A stretch of DNA of 64,000 nucleotides, taken from NCBI RefSeq assembly GCF_018977255.1, contig NW_024704742.1, forward strand, positions 83,826,001 to 83,890,000. The letters are read 5' to 3'. Below, in pieces: positions 36,813-50,878 of the stretch (within the stretch, counting starts at the first letter, position 1; each line of letters starts with the position of its first letter). Position numbers and translations under genes: made by a program. The DNA is from Callorhinchus milii. Taxonomy: Eukaryota. The notes under the pieces were generated by a model. That model was not told the DNA's origin. It made no database searches and saw nothing but the letters and a program-made list of their open reading frames with translations.

Positions 36813-37474
36813 CCTTGCAGCTTCATTAGCCTTTTGCAAAAGGTTATATATATATATAAAATCAAATAAGGTGCTATATCAAACACAATGATTATTATAA
36901 CAGTTTCCAAATGAAAACTTGTGGTTTGTTTTGCAGTGTGTGCAGTAATTTAATATAGTACAATTCAGGATAATGGTGTATAGTGGTTTTAGTGCTTTTT
37001 TGACCTTTGAAATTGCATATCAGTGAGGTTTCTGGAAAACTAGTCAGTTACCTGCTGTATACTTGATCAATTGATAATTGCTGGTTGCACTCATACAAAA
37101 TCCACTGTTATGACAGTGTTGATAAACATTGATCTTATTCATTTGGCAATTGATTTTTTTTCCACTTCGTAGTTTCCAAAAAGTGTGCTCTGAACCTTGC
37201 GTAGTACAATGATGTTAGTCACTCCCAGTGTAGAGAAAATTGATATTCAATTCCATTTGTAAGGAGCTATCTTCGTTGAGAGCGTCCCCTCTGTGAATCA
37301 CAGAATTTGATGCAAAGTATTACTATAACTCATTTTGGTTGAAAAAAAGATATTCTTTTAAACGGGAGATTGGACTTATTTTACAGAATTATACCTATAC
37401 AGTTGTTTACTCTGGTTTATTTTAAAAACAAACTAATTTGTTTGTCATGGCGACATTGTTAACTTGATTCACAT

Positions 37475-38238
37475 CAACAACAACAACAACAAAATTACAT
37501 TTGTATAGCGCCTTTCATGTCAGGATGGCGTCCCAAGGCTCTTGACAGACAGAGTTCCAGACTCGAGCTGGGGGTCGGGATCGAGGAGGGTGGAGGGCAG
37601 GTGGGGAAGCAGGGTGATTAAAAGCACGGTCGAAGAAGATGGTCTTGAGATGGGTCTTGAAGGAGGCAAGGGAGGGGGCAAGGCGGAGGGATTGCGGGAT
37701 GGAGTTCCAGAGGGCGGGGGCAGAGTGTCAGAAGGCCCGCCCGCCAACTGTGGGGCGAACGAGATGGGACATAAAACAGATCGGAGGGAGTGAGCAGGAT
37801 GGTAGTGGGCAGGAGGTCATAGAGGTAGGAGGGATCAAGACCATGGAGGGCTTTGAAGGTGAGGACCAGGATCTTGAACTGTATCCTCTGTGTGAGGGGA
37901 AGCCAATGGAATCAGGCGATGGGGTGATAGGGTCACGGGGCCTGGTGCGGAAGAGGACGTGGGCTGCAGAGTTCTGGATGATCTGCAGTCTATGGAGGGA
38001 GGAGGTGGGGGTGCCGACAAGAAAGGAGTTTGGTAGTCAAGCCTCGATGTAATTAAAGCGTGTATGAGGGTTTTGGCGGCTTCCGGTGTGAGACAGTGGC
38101 GGAGTCGGGCGATGTTGCGGAGGTGGGGGAAGGTAGAGCGGGACATGGCACAGACTGGCTTAGTAATGTGGAGTGTGCAACCATGGATGGTGATGCTGTC
38201 GGTGCCTGAGGTGTGGAGACACTGACGGGAGCCAATCA
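37475..38238 (-). mobile_element. L2 3' fragment
   Basis: LIGSRQCL and HLRNIARLRHCLTPEAAKTLIHALITSRLDY on the minus strand; (caa)n at the left. Confidence 0.9.
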
Positions 38239-39052
38239 ATTTGGTAAGGACCGCAAGATTGTTGTTTTTGGCTAAGAAGACCATGTGAATTTAGTTTATT
38301 TCATTTTCTGCAATTCAGGGGACTTCCAAGATATCAGAAAGAGTTGAATAAAGTGAGTGATATTTTAGCTGTCTCGTCTTCCTAGATAGAGTATTTCTCT
38401 TCACAGGAGTTACCTTCTGTCACTGATCCAGTTTAATTGTAGGGACATTTTTCATATTATTAATTGTTGCTAGCATAGCAGTTCTACTTGATTTCTGGTT
38501 TGGACCTCTACCATACAGAAGTTTGGTGCATAATTGCACACTGTTCTGAAGTAGTTTGCTCCTAGGTTCAATTCAAAATAGACAATCCAGACGGTCCTAC
38601 TTGGCTCCCGTCATTGCCTCCTCACCTCAATTGCTGATCTTATCAAGCTCTCCGGTAGCTCATTTCAAATCACAGAACATGTGCAGAACCATGACATTTT
38701 CTTGAACCTTCAACTCTTTCAGACCTTTCAATAAGGTTCTGGCACCAAGTCCGTTTACTCCAATCTCCACAGGATTAACAAACTATTTTATTATATAATT
38801 ATTTAGATAATTATTTAATGCAGTACATTTTGTTATGAAAATATATTTAATAAAGCTAGATATGCTGGTAATCCACAACAGGTCAATCTGCATCTGAAAA
38901 GAAAAATAGCTTGATTTTCAGGCATGACTTTTGCCATGAGTAGAAAAACTGAGTGACCCTAATATAGGTCACACGATCCCACGATTGATTTGGGTAAAGA
39001 AGGTCCTTTGACCCATCTGATCTCACCCTTCCAGAACCACCACCCGTCCCAT

Positions 39053-39381
39053 GGAGTCCTGTAGCTCAGTGGTTAGAGCACTCGCTTTGCAAGTGAGAGA
39101 CCTGAGTTTATTTCCAGGCAGGTCAGGGCGAAACCTTGGGCAAGTTTCCTTACTCCACACAGAGCCTAATAATAATCCCTCCAAATCCAAAAACAATAAT
39201 AAATTGGTCATTTTCAATCTACGACTGTTTGTGGGACATTGCTGTGCGCAATTGGCTGCCGCGTTCGCCCACAAATATACAGTCAATTCACTTTGCAGTG
39301 TGTTCTGTGAAGCGCTTTGGGACGTCCTCCTGACGTGAAAAGCGCTATATCAAATGCAAGGATTATTATTATTATTATTAT
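39053..39381 (+). mobile_element. tRNA-Ala-derived SINE, short young variant
   Basis: Full head ggagtcctgtagctcagtggttagagcactcgctttgcaagtgag and (att)n tail; near-identical to 57490-57813. Confidence 0.95.
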
Positions 39382-39629
39382 TCTCCTTCTCACTTAAATC
39401 CTAGAACCCTGAAGATAGTTTTCTTCCTGTTCTCTCCCTCTCCATTGCTGCTGGAACTGAGATGAACCAATTCTAGGATCAAACCAGGGATCCTTTTGGC
39501 TCTATATTCCACTGCATTCACTGACTAAGGCATGAGGGTGGGTAATAGTTAGTAGTGGGTACTTTAATGGCTTTGGTGTAGCACACCTCTCATTCCCCTT
39601 TTGTTCCGTATTACAGTAAAACTTGCATA

Positions 39630-39860
39630 AGTCTTATCTTCCACGTGTATGCGACACCCAAATCTATTTCTCCTCCTCCGCGATTCCTAGTCCACTGACG
39701 TCCTGTCAGCTTGTCTGACGGATATCAAGGCCTGGATGAGTGCAAATTTCCTGCAGCTGAATGTTGGCTAGGCGGAAGCCATACTCTTTGGCTCCCGTTA
39801 ACGTCTTACCTCCCGGGGGTCTGAACTCCTCAGCTTCTCTGGTCTCTCCCTCAGACTTAT
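39630..39860 (+). mobile_element. L2 RT fragment
   Basis: FHVYA, DTQIY and LTDIKAWMSANFLQLNV remnants. Confidence 0.75.
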
Positions 39861-39889
39861 GTGAGTTTTACTTTATTTTGTGAAGGTTA

Positions 39890-40150
39890 TTTTTCATGAT
39901 AGGGTACAGCCCACTGTTGAACTTCACCCAAGTCACCATTCTTCATTTAGGACAGTGAATTCTACTGCAGGAGGCATTAACAACCAAGGCTGATCCTGTC
40001 TTCATTTGATTTCCAGGGATGCACATTTTTCAGCACTAGTCACTGGATGGTAATCAGCAGCCGTGACGTAAGGACTTTCCTTCCCCAACCAAGAATTGTT
40101 GAGATCATTTTAGCGCTCTCTCACTCTCTTGTTTGCGGCCAGGTAGCTAA
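39890..40150 (-). mobile_element. Ancient SINE (LmeSINE1c-like), degenerate
   Basis: cccaagtcaccattcttcat; gatcctgtcttc; tcagcactagtcactggatggtaatcagc. Confidence 0.5.
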
Positions 40151-42744
40151 TGAGGTTACTGCTCCAAATTGTTCACCCTTGTTACTTCTCGGCTCCAGGT
40201 ACAGTGGAGCACCATCTCCACATTAATAGAAGCCGGCTCAGTTGCAGTATGGAAACAGTGGATATGCATGCATCTCTCTGTCTTCCTCTTTTCTCTCTCT
40301 CTCTCTTCTCTCATTGGATTAGAAATTGTTCACAGTCCCACTCTATTAAATTGCTATCCTACAAACCTGCATCTATGAGTACAACTTTAAAAAAAAATCT
40401 GTTATCTCAGCTAACTTGACTTCCACATGAAAATCCATTGCAGATAGCTGTGTATGGAGATTGTTGGCTCCCAGGTGTTCTATAGCACATCATCCTACAT
40501 TATTATTTTGTTATATTTAAATGTATTGCACAGGCTGCTTTCCCAGGACCTCAAGAGCTGTGGAACGTATCTTCCTGAAAGCAGTTTCTGACTGTGATAT
40601 GACTGTATTGCATTGTCAGTTTTCCACTCCTTTACATTGTAGTACATTGCTCAAAGTTCTTCATATGAACTAATAAAGTTAATTTTGTTATGCTATTTGA
40701 CTCGGAGGGGAGTGGTAGGCAAAAGAGAACATCAAAGGAGAACATCAGAGCAATTGGTTACCACGTTTCGCCCGACAAAATGAGTCAGTTCACTTTACAG
40801 TATATTCTGTGAAGAGCTATGAGACATCTCAATGGTGTGATAAGGTGCTGTGTCAAATGCAAGGATCATTATTATTATTATAACTGAGCCCAATTTCTGC
40901 CCTCCATGTGGAGTTCCTCCAGGGTCTTCATTTTGCCTCTTGCAGTTTTATTTTGTCTCCTCTTATAACGTGTGTTAAGACTGCACAAATTTTTCTTACC
41001 AAATCCTAATTGCAAATAATCCTATATAAATGCATTCATTTCCAAATATGGGTATAAATCCTGATTTAACCATTAAATATTTAGCAGTTTTGCTTTATAT
41101 AATTATTGAGGCATGATTTGGATTAATTTAATCACAGTAGTGTAATTACTTATCCCCCCGTTCCATAGTATACTATGGTCTTTGTATTTTCCTCCTTTAA
41201 TTTTAACTTCCATGTACATTAAAGTAAGGTCTCTGGTAAGACAGCACCAATGTAACTTTCCAAAACAAATTCTTCCTTGTTTCTCCATCTTCCTGTTTGC
41301 ATCACTCAAAGTCTATGGAAGGGAATATATAATAGTATTGCCGCAGTGATATTTAACTAATAGAAAAGTTGTACCAAGGCCACAACATTTGAATGTTACG
41401 TAACTCTTAATTCATTACGACAACTTCAATAATAATTGTCTGATGCCTTTATCAATGACAAGTTTTCAATTAACAGTACTTCCTATAGTATTGAACCCAA
41501 ACTCAAAATGTTTTCAAGAGACAAAACCTTGTTTGGAGGGGTTAATTTTTACTGCTTTTTGTTTTTCTATAGTTTCAGTGGACACAGTTTAAAATTCTTC
41601 ATGGGCAATGTTATGATTTACTACAGTCCTTCTGGTATCACTATTATCAGCTTGAGACTTAATCTGTTTGAGACTCCAAAATTTCACATTTTCCCAAGAA
41701 TTTCTCCCTTCATTAAACTTGAGAAAATAATTATGTGCCTGGACATATCTATCACTAAATATTGAAATAAGCTTTCATCTCAAACTTATTGCTAGATTTT
41801 CACCTAAATTGTTTGTTCCTGTTTCTGGAAAAACTAGCAGTCAAGAAATAATCAATAGGTGAATTGTGTCTGTAAAAGTTCTGCATTTCACTTAGTACCT
41901 TAATATTGTGAGACTCGACAATGGGCTTCCAATCAGATATATTCTATAATATTCACACATACCATTTGTGATATATTGATCTATTGTTCAGCTCCTGTTT
42001 TCAATAACAAGAGAAGGGTGTTTGTCCTCTTGTCCTGGCCAGCAATCCCTCAAACCAAATCATTCATTCTCTTCATGGCTGTTTTCCCATTGAAGGAAAA
42101 TCAAAGTGATTCAAAGTAATTGTTGCATTGAGAACATTCATTTTAAATGTTTAGATATAAAGTCGATGAACCATTATTCCAACAAAATTTATAAATAAAT
42201 ACTGGGATTTTATTATTGGTATTAAGTACCACATTTAATCTGTTTTCTTTGGCCTTTCCCATGTTTTACCTATTCTTTCGATTACATTTAGATTTTTTTG
42301 ATATTCTTGCTGTGTCAGCATTTTTTACCATTAAACACTCTTGTGGCCGACCATTTGAGTTTTAAAAGATTCCTTCTGGAATATAGTTGTCGTGCAGGGA
42401 AGTGCCAACACAAGTACTGTATTAGGTATTTGATATGTGTGCCAGTAACCAAACCTTGCATTATAATTTTCTATGCCAACTGGCAATCTTTCTGGTATCA
42501 TTGAACCAATCCTAACTGAGAATACAATGATTAACTGAGGATAATTTTTACTGTTAACATGAATTTAAGAAATTCACACTTTCCAAAATTTCAATTAATT
42601 TCTCTGCTTGTGCTTGGGACTTAATTATTCCTGCTACCACTGATATTTTGGAATCCCCTCCTTCCCTTTATGTTGGGGAATTCAATCAAGTCACTCTATT
42701 TCCATAATACAAGGTAACTTTAATGTTATACATGATTGTACTTG

Positions 42745-43085
42745 GAACTATTCCCTGACCAGGATTGCTTTTTCCCCACCTCCATCCCATTGCCCGTTTC
42801 TGTTCCTGTCTCACAATCGATGCAGCCCAAACCCTCGTCCATTGGACTACTCCATACACAAAATTCAATTAAACCAAAACTCCGCCGCTCGGATATTCAC
42901 CCGAACAAAACTCCAGTCACACCAGTCCTTGCCAGGCTCCACTAGTTCCCAATTACCAAACAGATCAATTTCAAGATCGTCTCACTTGTTTTCAAATCAC
43001 TTCATGCCCTTGCAACCTCACTACCTATCCGATCTGCTTAACCCCCATTCCACCACCGGCTGCCTCCGCTCAGCTGCATCCGGCC
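42745..43085 (+). mobile_element. Old L2 fragment
   Basis: [28 protein letters not shown] and QINFKI remnants. Confidence 0.75.
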
Positions 43086-43667
43086 ACATAATATTACGGA
43101 CCAATAAGCCTAGGTTTCAAAGCCAGTCCAACCCTGGGTTATTAACATTATGAAGAGGAATGCATTAAGTACATGCATCCTGCATGACAGCATTTAAACT
43201 TAATGTTAGTAGCTTGCCAGTTTTCAGTGCTTTGTCAAAAATCCCAAGGAACTGGTCAGCTTTGATCGATTGGTCAAAAGAACTGTTAATGTTGACTGGA
43301 CACTAATGGGCCATCGGTACCATCTGGGCTGGTGTGTGTGACGAATGGTTTATCTTCAAATTGGAATTTTCTCAACGATAAGCATCACTGTGAAGTCACT
43401 CTTCAAAGGTTGGAATGCATATTCTGTACAAGGGTAAAGAGGTCTGAAACAACAACAACAAGATTACATTTGTATAGCACCTTTCACATCGAACATGAAG
43501 GACTATTTAATCCTGAAGCTTTCTTGAAGCTCGATTTAGTACAAGATTACAAATTGGACATGTTGGGTGAATCATACTGGTCCCCTTGCTCCTTGGATCA
43601 TTTAGTAAAAGAACAATGTGGTATAGCTAATATATCATTTCCTACAACTTAATATGGACAAGATAGA

Positions 43668-44600
43668 GCCATCCTCTTTGACTCCTGCAAATGTCTCCTC
43701 ACTTTTGGCACTGACCTCCTCAACCTCCCTGGTCCCTCTCTCAAACTCACCAAATCAAGTGTGCAACCTCGGCGTCCGGTTCAGTCCTCAGCTTTTCTTT
43801 CTCCCTCGCATTAGTCCCTGACCGAGGGTGCTTTTCTTCCCCTATGTCATATCACCTGCTCTTCTCTTCCCCCTTCCCATCTCACATGATCTCTGCATCG
43901 TCACCTGCAACAAACTCGCAACGTACATCACCCCAGAACTCGCCAGGCTCCATTGGCTTCTTTGTCTCCCAGCAGATAAATTTCATCCTCACACATCAAT
44001 CACTCTCTATCTCCTTCTACCAAATTACTCTGCTCGCCCCTTCCACTCTGTTAACTCGGGCTTGTTGTGAGCCCTTGATCTCTCTGTGTCACCATCAGCA
44101 ACCGAACTTTCAGATTCTGTGCTCCTAACTTCTGGAACTCCCTCTCCCCTTTCCCCCTCTCTATCTGTCCTACCGTAAAATGTATCTATTTGACCATATC
44201 AGTGGTCGTCTCTCCTGCCTGCTTGTTATTGCAAAGTGCTCCAAGAAGTCCTACATGAAGTAACAACAACAACAAAACGTCGGGAGGATGATCCAAGGTG
44301 CTGGACAGTCAGTGTTTTGGACCCGAGCTGGGGGTCAGGATCTGGGAGGGTTGAGGGTAGTGGGGGAAGGAGGGTGATCGAAGTTAAGGTCGAAGAGGAG
44401 AGTCTTGAGACAGATCTTGAAGGAGGCAAGGACGGGGGTGGGGAGGCCAGGGAGAGGGACTGCGGGATGGAGTTCCAGAGGGTGGGGGCAGAGTAGCTGA
44501 AGGTCTGCCCGCCAGTGGTGGGGTGGGTGAGGTAGGGGATGTGAAGCAGGCCGGAGGGAGCGGGCAGGTTGGTAGGGGAGTCAGATTTTGAGTTGAGTGA
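43668..44600. mobile_element. Old plus-strand L2 fragment (43668-44255) followed by a minus-strand L2 3' end (44262-44600)
   Basis: ITPELARLHWL on the plus strand, then (aac)n and the reverse complement of the L2 3' UTR. Confidence 0.75.
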
Positions 44601-44619
44601 ACCACCTTGAATGTGCTAC

Positions 44620-44930
44620 ATCTGCCCAGTAGAAGACCACAATTGCCCTTAATGTCCCTAAGGAGAGATGAAATGGATTAGTTTCCTGCTCCTGATGGTT
44701 ATCTATTGACTATTGAGGTGTGTGGGTTAGGACAGAATGGATTAAGCATTGATGGCCATCGGTTAAATTCATTACTGACGCGTGCTGCACATCGAATGTG
44801 GTTGCTTTTCAGAGCTAGAAAAAGTTCCTGCTATGTTTGAACACACTATACACTACACAGTTGCCAGAATGAGGAAGGGCACTGTAACAAAAGAATGGGA
44901 GCTGATGCAAGGTTGGTGTTCGATAAACTA
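44620..44930 (+). mobile_element. Ancient SINE (LmeSINE1c-like), degenerate
   Basis: cacaattgccctt; tttcctgctcctgatggttatctattgac; aggacagaatgg. Confidence 0.45.
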
Positions 44931-45129
44931 CCATATGGACTGGAGGTCAGTGAAGAGGAAATGAGGGAAGGACAGAGTTTAGTTGGGCAGTGATACACTT
45001 GCTGTGTTTTGCTCCTACTGAGTGACTCGGCTGTAAACAGCTATGGATTATTAGCTTTGTATTGAATATAATGAATTATACATCAAAACTTCTCATGTTT
45101 CACATTTTTTGGTAACGAATGACTAATTT

Positions 45130-46070
45130 GTGACCAGCAAAGTCCCAAAACAACCATGGAGTGTGACAAATTTTTCTGGAAGATAGTTTGCTAGGACACT
45201 GGAGAGAAACACTTTTTGAACAGTACCATGAGATCTTTAATGGCCACTCGAACAGGCAGTTGGACCTTGGGTAAAAATTGCATTGGAAGGACTCTTGACT
45301 GCAAGTGCTGCATTGCAGTTTAACCTAAGACTATGAGCTCAAAGTCCCAAAGCGGGGCTTAAAACCACAATCTTATAACTCCGAGGCAAGAGCTCAACCA
45401 TCTGAACCAGACTGTTGTTATCTGACTTCTGTTTCTTGCACAATTTTACTGTTTAAATTAATGCCAAAAGTGAATGAATAAATCAAAAGCTGACTTCTAA
45501 AGGGTAGTGTAAGTTGTATTAAACATATTTACAGTATTCTATTTTTTAGGTTCCATAATGTCAGATCGCATGTTGGATTTTTTAAAGAAATGGTGCATTC
45601 CCTACTTCTGAACCATAAATCGTACAACTTTATGCTTCAGAAGTAGGGAATCCATTGTAAGGATTGGGAATTCTATGTTTTGACATGAAATAATAATCTT
45701 TGCATTTGATTTAACACCTGCCTGAGCTTCACTTCACAAGAAATTACTGGCAAGTACTTGTAGGGAAATGAGACAGGTAATTACCTATAACAATGCCCCA
45801 CAAATAGCCATGAAGTAAATGACCAATTTATGTAGAGAATTGCGGGCCAGAATATTGGTAGAAACTACCTTTCGTTTTTTTTGTCATGGGACCTTTAACA
45901 TTTGCTTGAATAGGTAGTGGGACCTTAGTTTAGCATTTCATACAGCATCTCTCTGATGAAGAACCTAGACTGTGAGTTCAAAGTACCAATGTGGGGCTTG
46001 AGCCCCACACCACCACTTTCCAACCCAGAGGTGTACTAGTATTAGTAAATGATACTAACTGAACCAAGCT
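45130..46070 (-). mobile_element. Two old Deu-domain SINE remnants (~45130-45410 and ~45690-46070)
   Basis: ccatgagatctttaatggccactcgaacaggca and gggcttaaaaccacaatctt; catgggacctttaacatttgcttgaatagg and ggggcttgagccc. Confidence 0.55.
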
Positions 46071-47354
46071 AAATTGTGCTTTTTTTCATCACTGCAGTAA
46101 CAATTTACATTATGCAGAAGAGCACCCTCTACTTTTATATTTCCCATATAAACTTTTCTCTAGGACCTTTGAGGTTGGTAGTTCGAAGTCTTTGATTAAG
46201 ACAGTTTTGTGGTGTTCACTTTGAGGTTGCTAAATCAGACCAAATGGTCTATTTTCTGAGTTTAAGGGGCCGAGTGGATCTCCATAAAATTTTTTCAACA
46301 TAGTGTGTATGTTGTTATCTTATATTCTGCCCACAATAATAATAATCCTTGCATTTGATATAGTTCCCTATCATCTCATTGAGATGTCTCAAAGTGCTTC
46401 GCAGGATATACTATAAAGTAGATTGTTCTTCCTATAATTGCCTTTGTTGCTCATTGATTCATTTCCATAAAATGGTGGTATTACCAATAACCTTATTTAG
46501 TAAGATGGCAGATGTACTGAGGGAAACAAAAGCAGGCTTCAGCTTTCTAAAAAAGCAATCCATGTCTTGAATCGTGAGCTTGTCTCACAGAATATATCCA
46601 TTTCTTGTATTAATCGTATCAAGTTCCACCAGCACAGACACCTGTTCAAATGAACCTTACCTGTAAGTTAGTCGTTTAACCTTTTGAATTTTATGTGAAT
46701 TTTCAACTCAAAACATCTGCACCATCTGAACTCAACCTGACTTATTTTGTTCCCACATACGTCATTCACTCTACGAGATAAATTCTGCAAGTACCCATCG
46801 GGCTTCTTCATGTTTTCAGTTTCTAGCTAAGCGATGGCAAAATTCTCAAGCCGGGCAATTAAAACATTGTTTATAGAACTGCCACATTTGCAACTTAAAA
46901 GTGTCAACAACAGTTTCTTTTTATAGTTCTCGTTTAATGTCTCTAGTAAAGGGGCACTGATTATTTCACTTCAATTGTGATATTGCTTTAATCCAAATGA
47001 TTTTAGCTTATCAAATCCCCTCAGTTGCTGCTTTCCTTTTCAAGCAGAGTTCATCCTCTCACTGAAGATACCTGTTTGGTTGCTTCTAGAATATCTTGTT
47101 GGCACAGAGAAGTTGAGCCAAATGTCTGTTTCCGTACCATATCATTCTGTGTAACTCTTTGTTCCAACTGTGAAAGGGGACTTAGAGCAGTCTTTACTTT
47201 GGTTGCAAACATTCTGCTGTATGAAGTGGATTTGAGAACATTTAAGAAAGTGATTGCTGATGGAGATTGAATGGTAGAGTGCACAAAAGTTCCCATTTGC
47301 CTCTGGAACCAAGGTTGTCAGGGGAAAAAAATCGTCTTTAAGAGAGATGTATGT

Positions 47355-47772
47355 GTCAGCCTGGCTCAGTTGATCTCCTGCCTCTGAGTCAGAAGGTTGT
47401 GGGATCAAGACCCATTAGGACTTGGAACAAATGTAATGTCTACTGACACTCCAATGTTGGAGGTGGGCCACATTGATGGAGTTGCCATCCTACGAATGAG
47501 ACATTAAATCGTGGTCCCAGGTACCTGTTCAAATGGAATTTAACAATTCCTTGGCTTTATTCAAAAGAGAAGGGAGTTTTTCTCAGTGTCCTGACCAGCA
47601 ACCCCCAGATAAAATTGGTCATTCATTTCATAGCTGTTTGTGGAATATTGATCTGAACAAACTGGTTCAGACACAAAATACACATTTAATCCACTTTACA
47701 GTATATAATGTGAAGCATTCGAGGTGTCTACAACATGATGAAACCCTGTATCAAATGCAAGGGTTATTATTT
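47355..47772 (+). mobile_element. Deu-domain SINE, near full length
   Basis: Head gtcagcctggctcagttg and gcctctgagtcagaaggttgtggga; Deu core; tail. Confidence 0.75.
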
Positions 47773-50677
47773 TGAAAATCCATAAAAATAGAAAATGTGG
47801 AGGACCCTATACTTGGAAATGGTTCTGATAATCCTTTGATTCTGCTTCAGAATCGGAATAGAATCATGTTGCCAATTAAGCTTGTTTTGTCTGAAATAAT
47901 GGTTGAGCTGGAGTTTATGCAAAACTGATTGAATTATACTGAAACTTGGTACATTTTAGTCAACATTTCATACATTGGACTGTCCCCAAATATGCTTTAT
48001 TCATATTTTTCTACTTGCATTTTGTTTGTCTCCTGTATTTTTAGTTTCTGTCATATATATTTTGTATGTTTTGCCCACTGAAGCGCTTTGAGACATTGTG
48101 ACACGTGATAAGCCCCTATATCAAATGCTAGGGTTATTATTATCATAACCTGTAAAGCACGAGTTTATTGTATTTGTGGAAACTAATACAGTATGTGTTT
48201 TGGTATACATTCTTTGGGTTCTGAAATTTAGTAGGATTTGGAAAGATTTGAAAGTTTTCTTTGGTGCAAGAAAAATCGAGTTTGGTAGGATACTGGTGAA
48301 ACAGCAACATTGAGATTTGGCTGCTCCAGCCTTGTATAGTTCCCAATTTATTCAGATGATTGGAATTTCCCTCCTTGAGCTTATTGTTCGTCTCATGGAT
48401 GCTTCTCTTTTTAATTTTGATACCAAGTATTTATTTACTCTACAAAAACATTCCATTTCCATGCAAGCTATAAAAGTGGAATGTGAAGTGCATTTGAGCA
48501 GTCTCAATCTAGTTCCAATATTATACACAACTCCACAACATAAATCTGTTCATACTTTTCACTGATTGCCATTTCTCAGGGAGGTTAAGGATGGTTGGTT
48601 TGGGGAATGGAAGCATTGGCACTGTTGTACTATACTACAGCTGAAGTAAGTTAAACCTTTTGAGCAGCATGGATAAGCATACTCGGTTGGACAATTTGTT
48701 GAAGGTTGTCTGCTGACAGCCCTACTTTACTATCATAGCCAAGATATAACCTACCAATCATCAGAGTATGGACTTTTTATTGTATTGCAAACCTGGCGTT
48801 TAAAGGAAAATGAAAACGGAGTAGGAGGACGAAGAGCCAAATGACCTCTTTCTGTGCTACAAATTTCTAAGAAGAGTAAATAGGCTTTAAAGTTTGAAAC
48901 AAAGTTTTAAGTGCAGGTTCAAAGTAAAAACAGGGAGAAAAATAAGGGATAGGAAACCATTGCATTGAATGCAGATGAAGTATTCACATTTTTATTTCAG
49001 CTTTAAGGTCTTATTTAAGTAGTGAACATATGGTATTATTTGAATATCGATTAATTTGTTAGAGGGGTTTTCGATGTAAGGTGAAAGCTTAGAAATTGGT
49101 CAGGCTATGGAGAAAGGAGTTTCTATAGATCTGCTGGCAGTCTTAGGATTAAAATGTTTTTGTATTAGTATATTGTTCAATGTCCTTTGACATCCAGCTG
49201 GCCAAAGGACAGCTGATGCAGGAGTGCTTGATGAGTGGACTGGGTTCGTGAAATGAAAGTGTTCCATTCTGTGATCCGTCACTCACCTTGCTGAGCATTT
49301 AAAAATGTACAACATACAACAGGACAGGGAACGTCAAAGTGTATTTCTATTTCTTTAAATTATAATTGTTTTAACACTGCTGTTTCTTGAATCAAGACAG
49401 TCACTGATGTGATAAAGCTCTTTCTTATAAGGCGCATTGCTTGTTCATTATTGCCTAATTATATCCTTGAGTTCTCTTCCATGTGGGCTATTATGTGGTC
49501 TGTGTAATATTATGTACGATGTTCTCCTGCAAAATAAGGTGACTCGGGTGTGTGTAAGTAAGTGAATAGTCAAAAATTGCTGCCTCGGGCTACAGAAAGT
49601 CTGTTGAAATATTCTCAGCCTCAAAAATAGTTCATAGAAGAGCTTGTAAAGCTCTCTGAGATGTTATCGTTTTTGAAAGAAGCTATATAAAAAGTTGTGT
49701 TCTTGTCAGACACTATTGCTCATGGTAAAACACTAGTTCATAAGTAGTCCTGCAGCTAATTGTCACACCTCATGATTTCCCTGGCTGAGATTAGCAAACA
49801 CAGTCTATTTCAACAATCTGGGTGGTTTAGTACCACATTTCATCATGGTATATTTACATATTTTCTGAACCATCGAGAAAGCCTCCTTTGTCCCTATTTT
49901 ACGTGCAAGATTTTTTTGTCTGTTAGCTTTCCTGTTCTATGTACAATCATATCATATTTGTCTCTTTAAATTCTTGCTGTGTTTGTGACTTTTGGTAGCT
50001 ATGAAAACAAATAAACTGGCAATAAACTGAAGTGTTTCACCTAACCAGTGAGGAGAATGGTGAACTAGCTCTGATAAATGAGTAGCGAGCATACATAAAG
50101 CATAAATGGTTTGAGAGGACAGAAGAACAGAAAATAGACTTTGCATTTTCTCCTAATTTTCTTTGCTCCCTTGAAGGTGTCTGATTTATTTTTGCTTGTA
50201 CTACTGTTATATTCCATGAATACTGGGAATCCTTTTAATTCCTTGTCCAAACAGCTATTTTCATTGTGTTTGGGAGTGGGTGTTGGCAGTTTGGGGGATT
50301 CAACTTTAGGTGCATCATAGCCAAGTCTAGTTTTGCCCATAAAAGGGTACCTTCCAGAGGGAGATTCCTGGATAGCAATTGAACCAGAGTAGGAACCCTG
50401 TCGATTGCAGCTTCCTGACCCAGTGCCTCAAATGCTTTCTTCTGCAATCAACTAGCTCAAGAACCTGTGACATTTTATGTGTGGCCTAATGTAGATACTT
50501 TTTGAATTGGGATAGTAATTTTCTTACTGTGAAAATTGTGTTTTCATAGAGGTAGAACATGTATGTTAAAGAATTGCAGAGCTGCACATTATACAAATGC
50601 CTTTGATGACTGGAAAATGGAATGAAGATGCTTGTGTTTTTCTCTATCATTGGTTATTTTCTTTTGTATGTTTTTAG

Positions 50678-50878
50678 GGCATTAAGAGAGAAAACATCGA
50701 TAGCAGTAACTTCAAAGGGCCGTTATGGTCTGGAGGAGGAGAGGGCGACAGTATGTACCTCTACCCGTCGGCGATCTCTGCCCCGGAACCTGGGTGGTCT
50801 GACGACAGGAGTTACTGAGTCCATCATGATTCAGGCTTTAAGACAAGAAGAACAACAGCGAGCAAGGGAAGAAAAGAG
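50678..50878 (+). CDS. BRD10: KIAA2026/BRD10 internal coding exon (corresponds to the second coding exon)
   Basis: Acceptor ttttgtatgtttttag| and donor |gtgaga; 201 bp, phase 2-2. It translates (R)ALREKTSIAVTSKGRYGLEEERATVCTSTRRRSLPRNLGGLTTGVTESIMIQALRQEEQQRAREEK(R), matching my recollection of human KIAA2026 (HLREKTTIAVTSRGYYGLEDEKGTACTSTRRRSTPRSLAGLTSGVFESIMVQVLRQEEQLRAKEEKR). Confidence 0.93.

Noticed and set aside
39053..39130. tRNA-Ala-like sequences at SINE heads
   Set aside because: They lack a proper 3' acceptor stem and run straight into the SINE body, so they are not tRNA genes.
46660..47296. Minus-strand stretch ending at a cag|gtaag donor that looked like decayed coding sequence
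   Set aside because: The best frame has several stops, about what chance would give, and no recognisable motif.
50065..50447. Two overlapping minus-strand ORFs with protein-like composition
   Set aside because: No recognisable homology or convincing splice signals; a TBLASTN search would be needed.
50622..50677. N-terminal part of ORF 50622-50882 (MKMLVFFSIIGYFLLYVF), resembling a signal peptide
   Set aside because: It is the intronic polypyrimidine tract read through in frame; homology starts at the acceptor.
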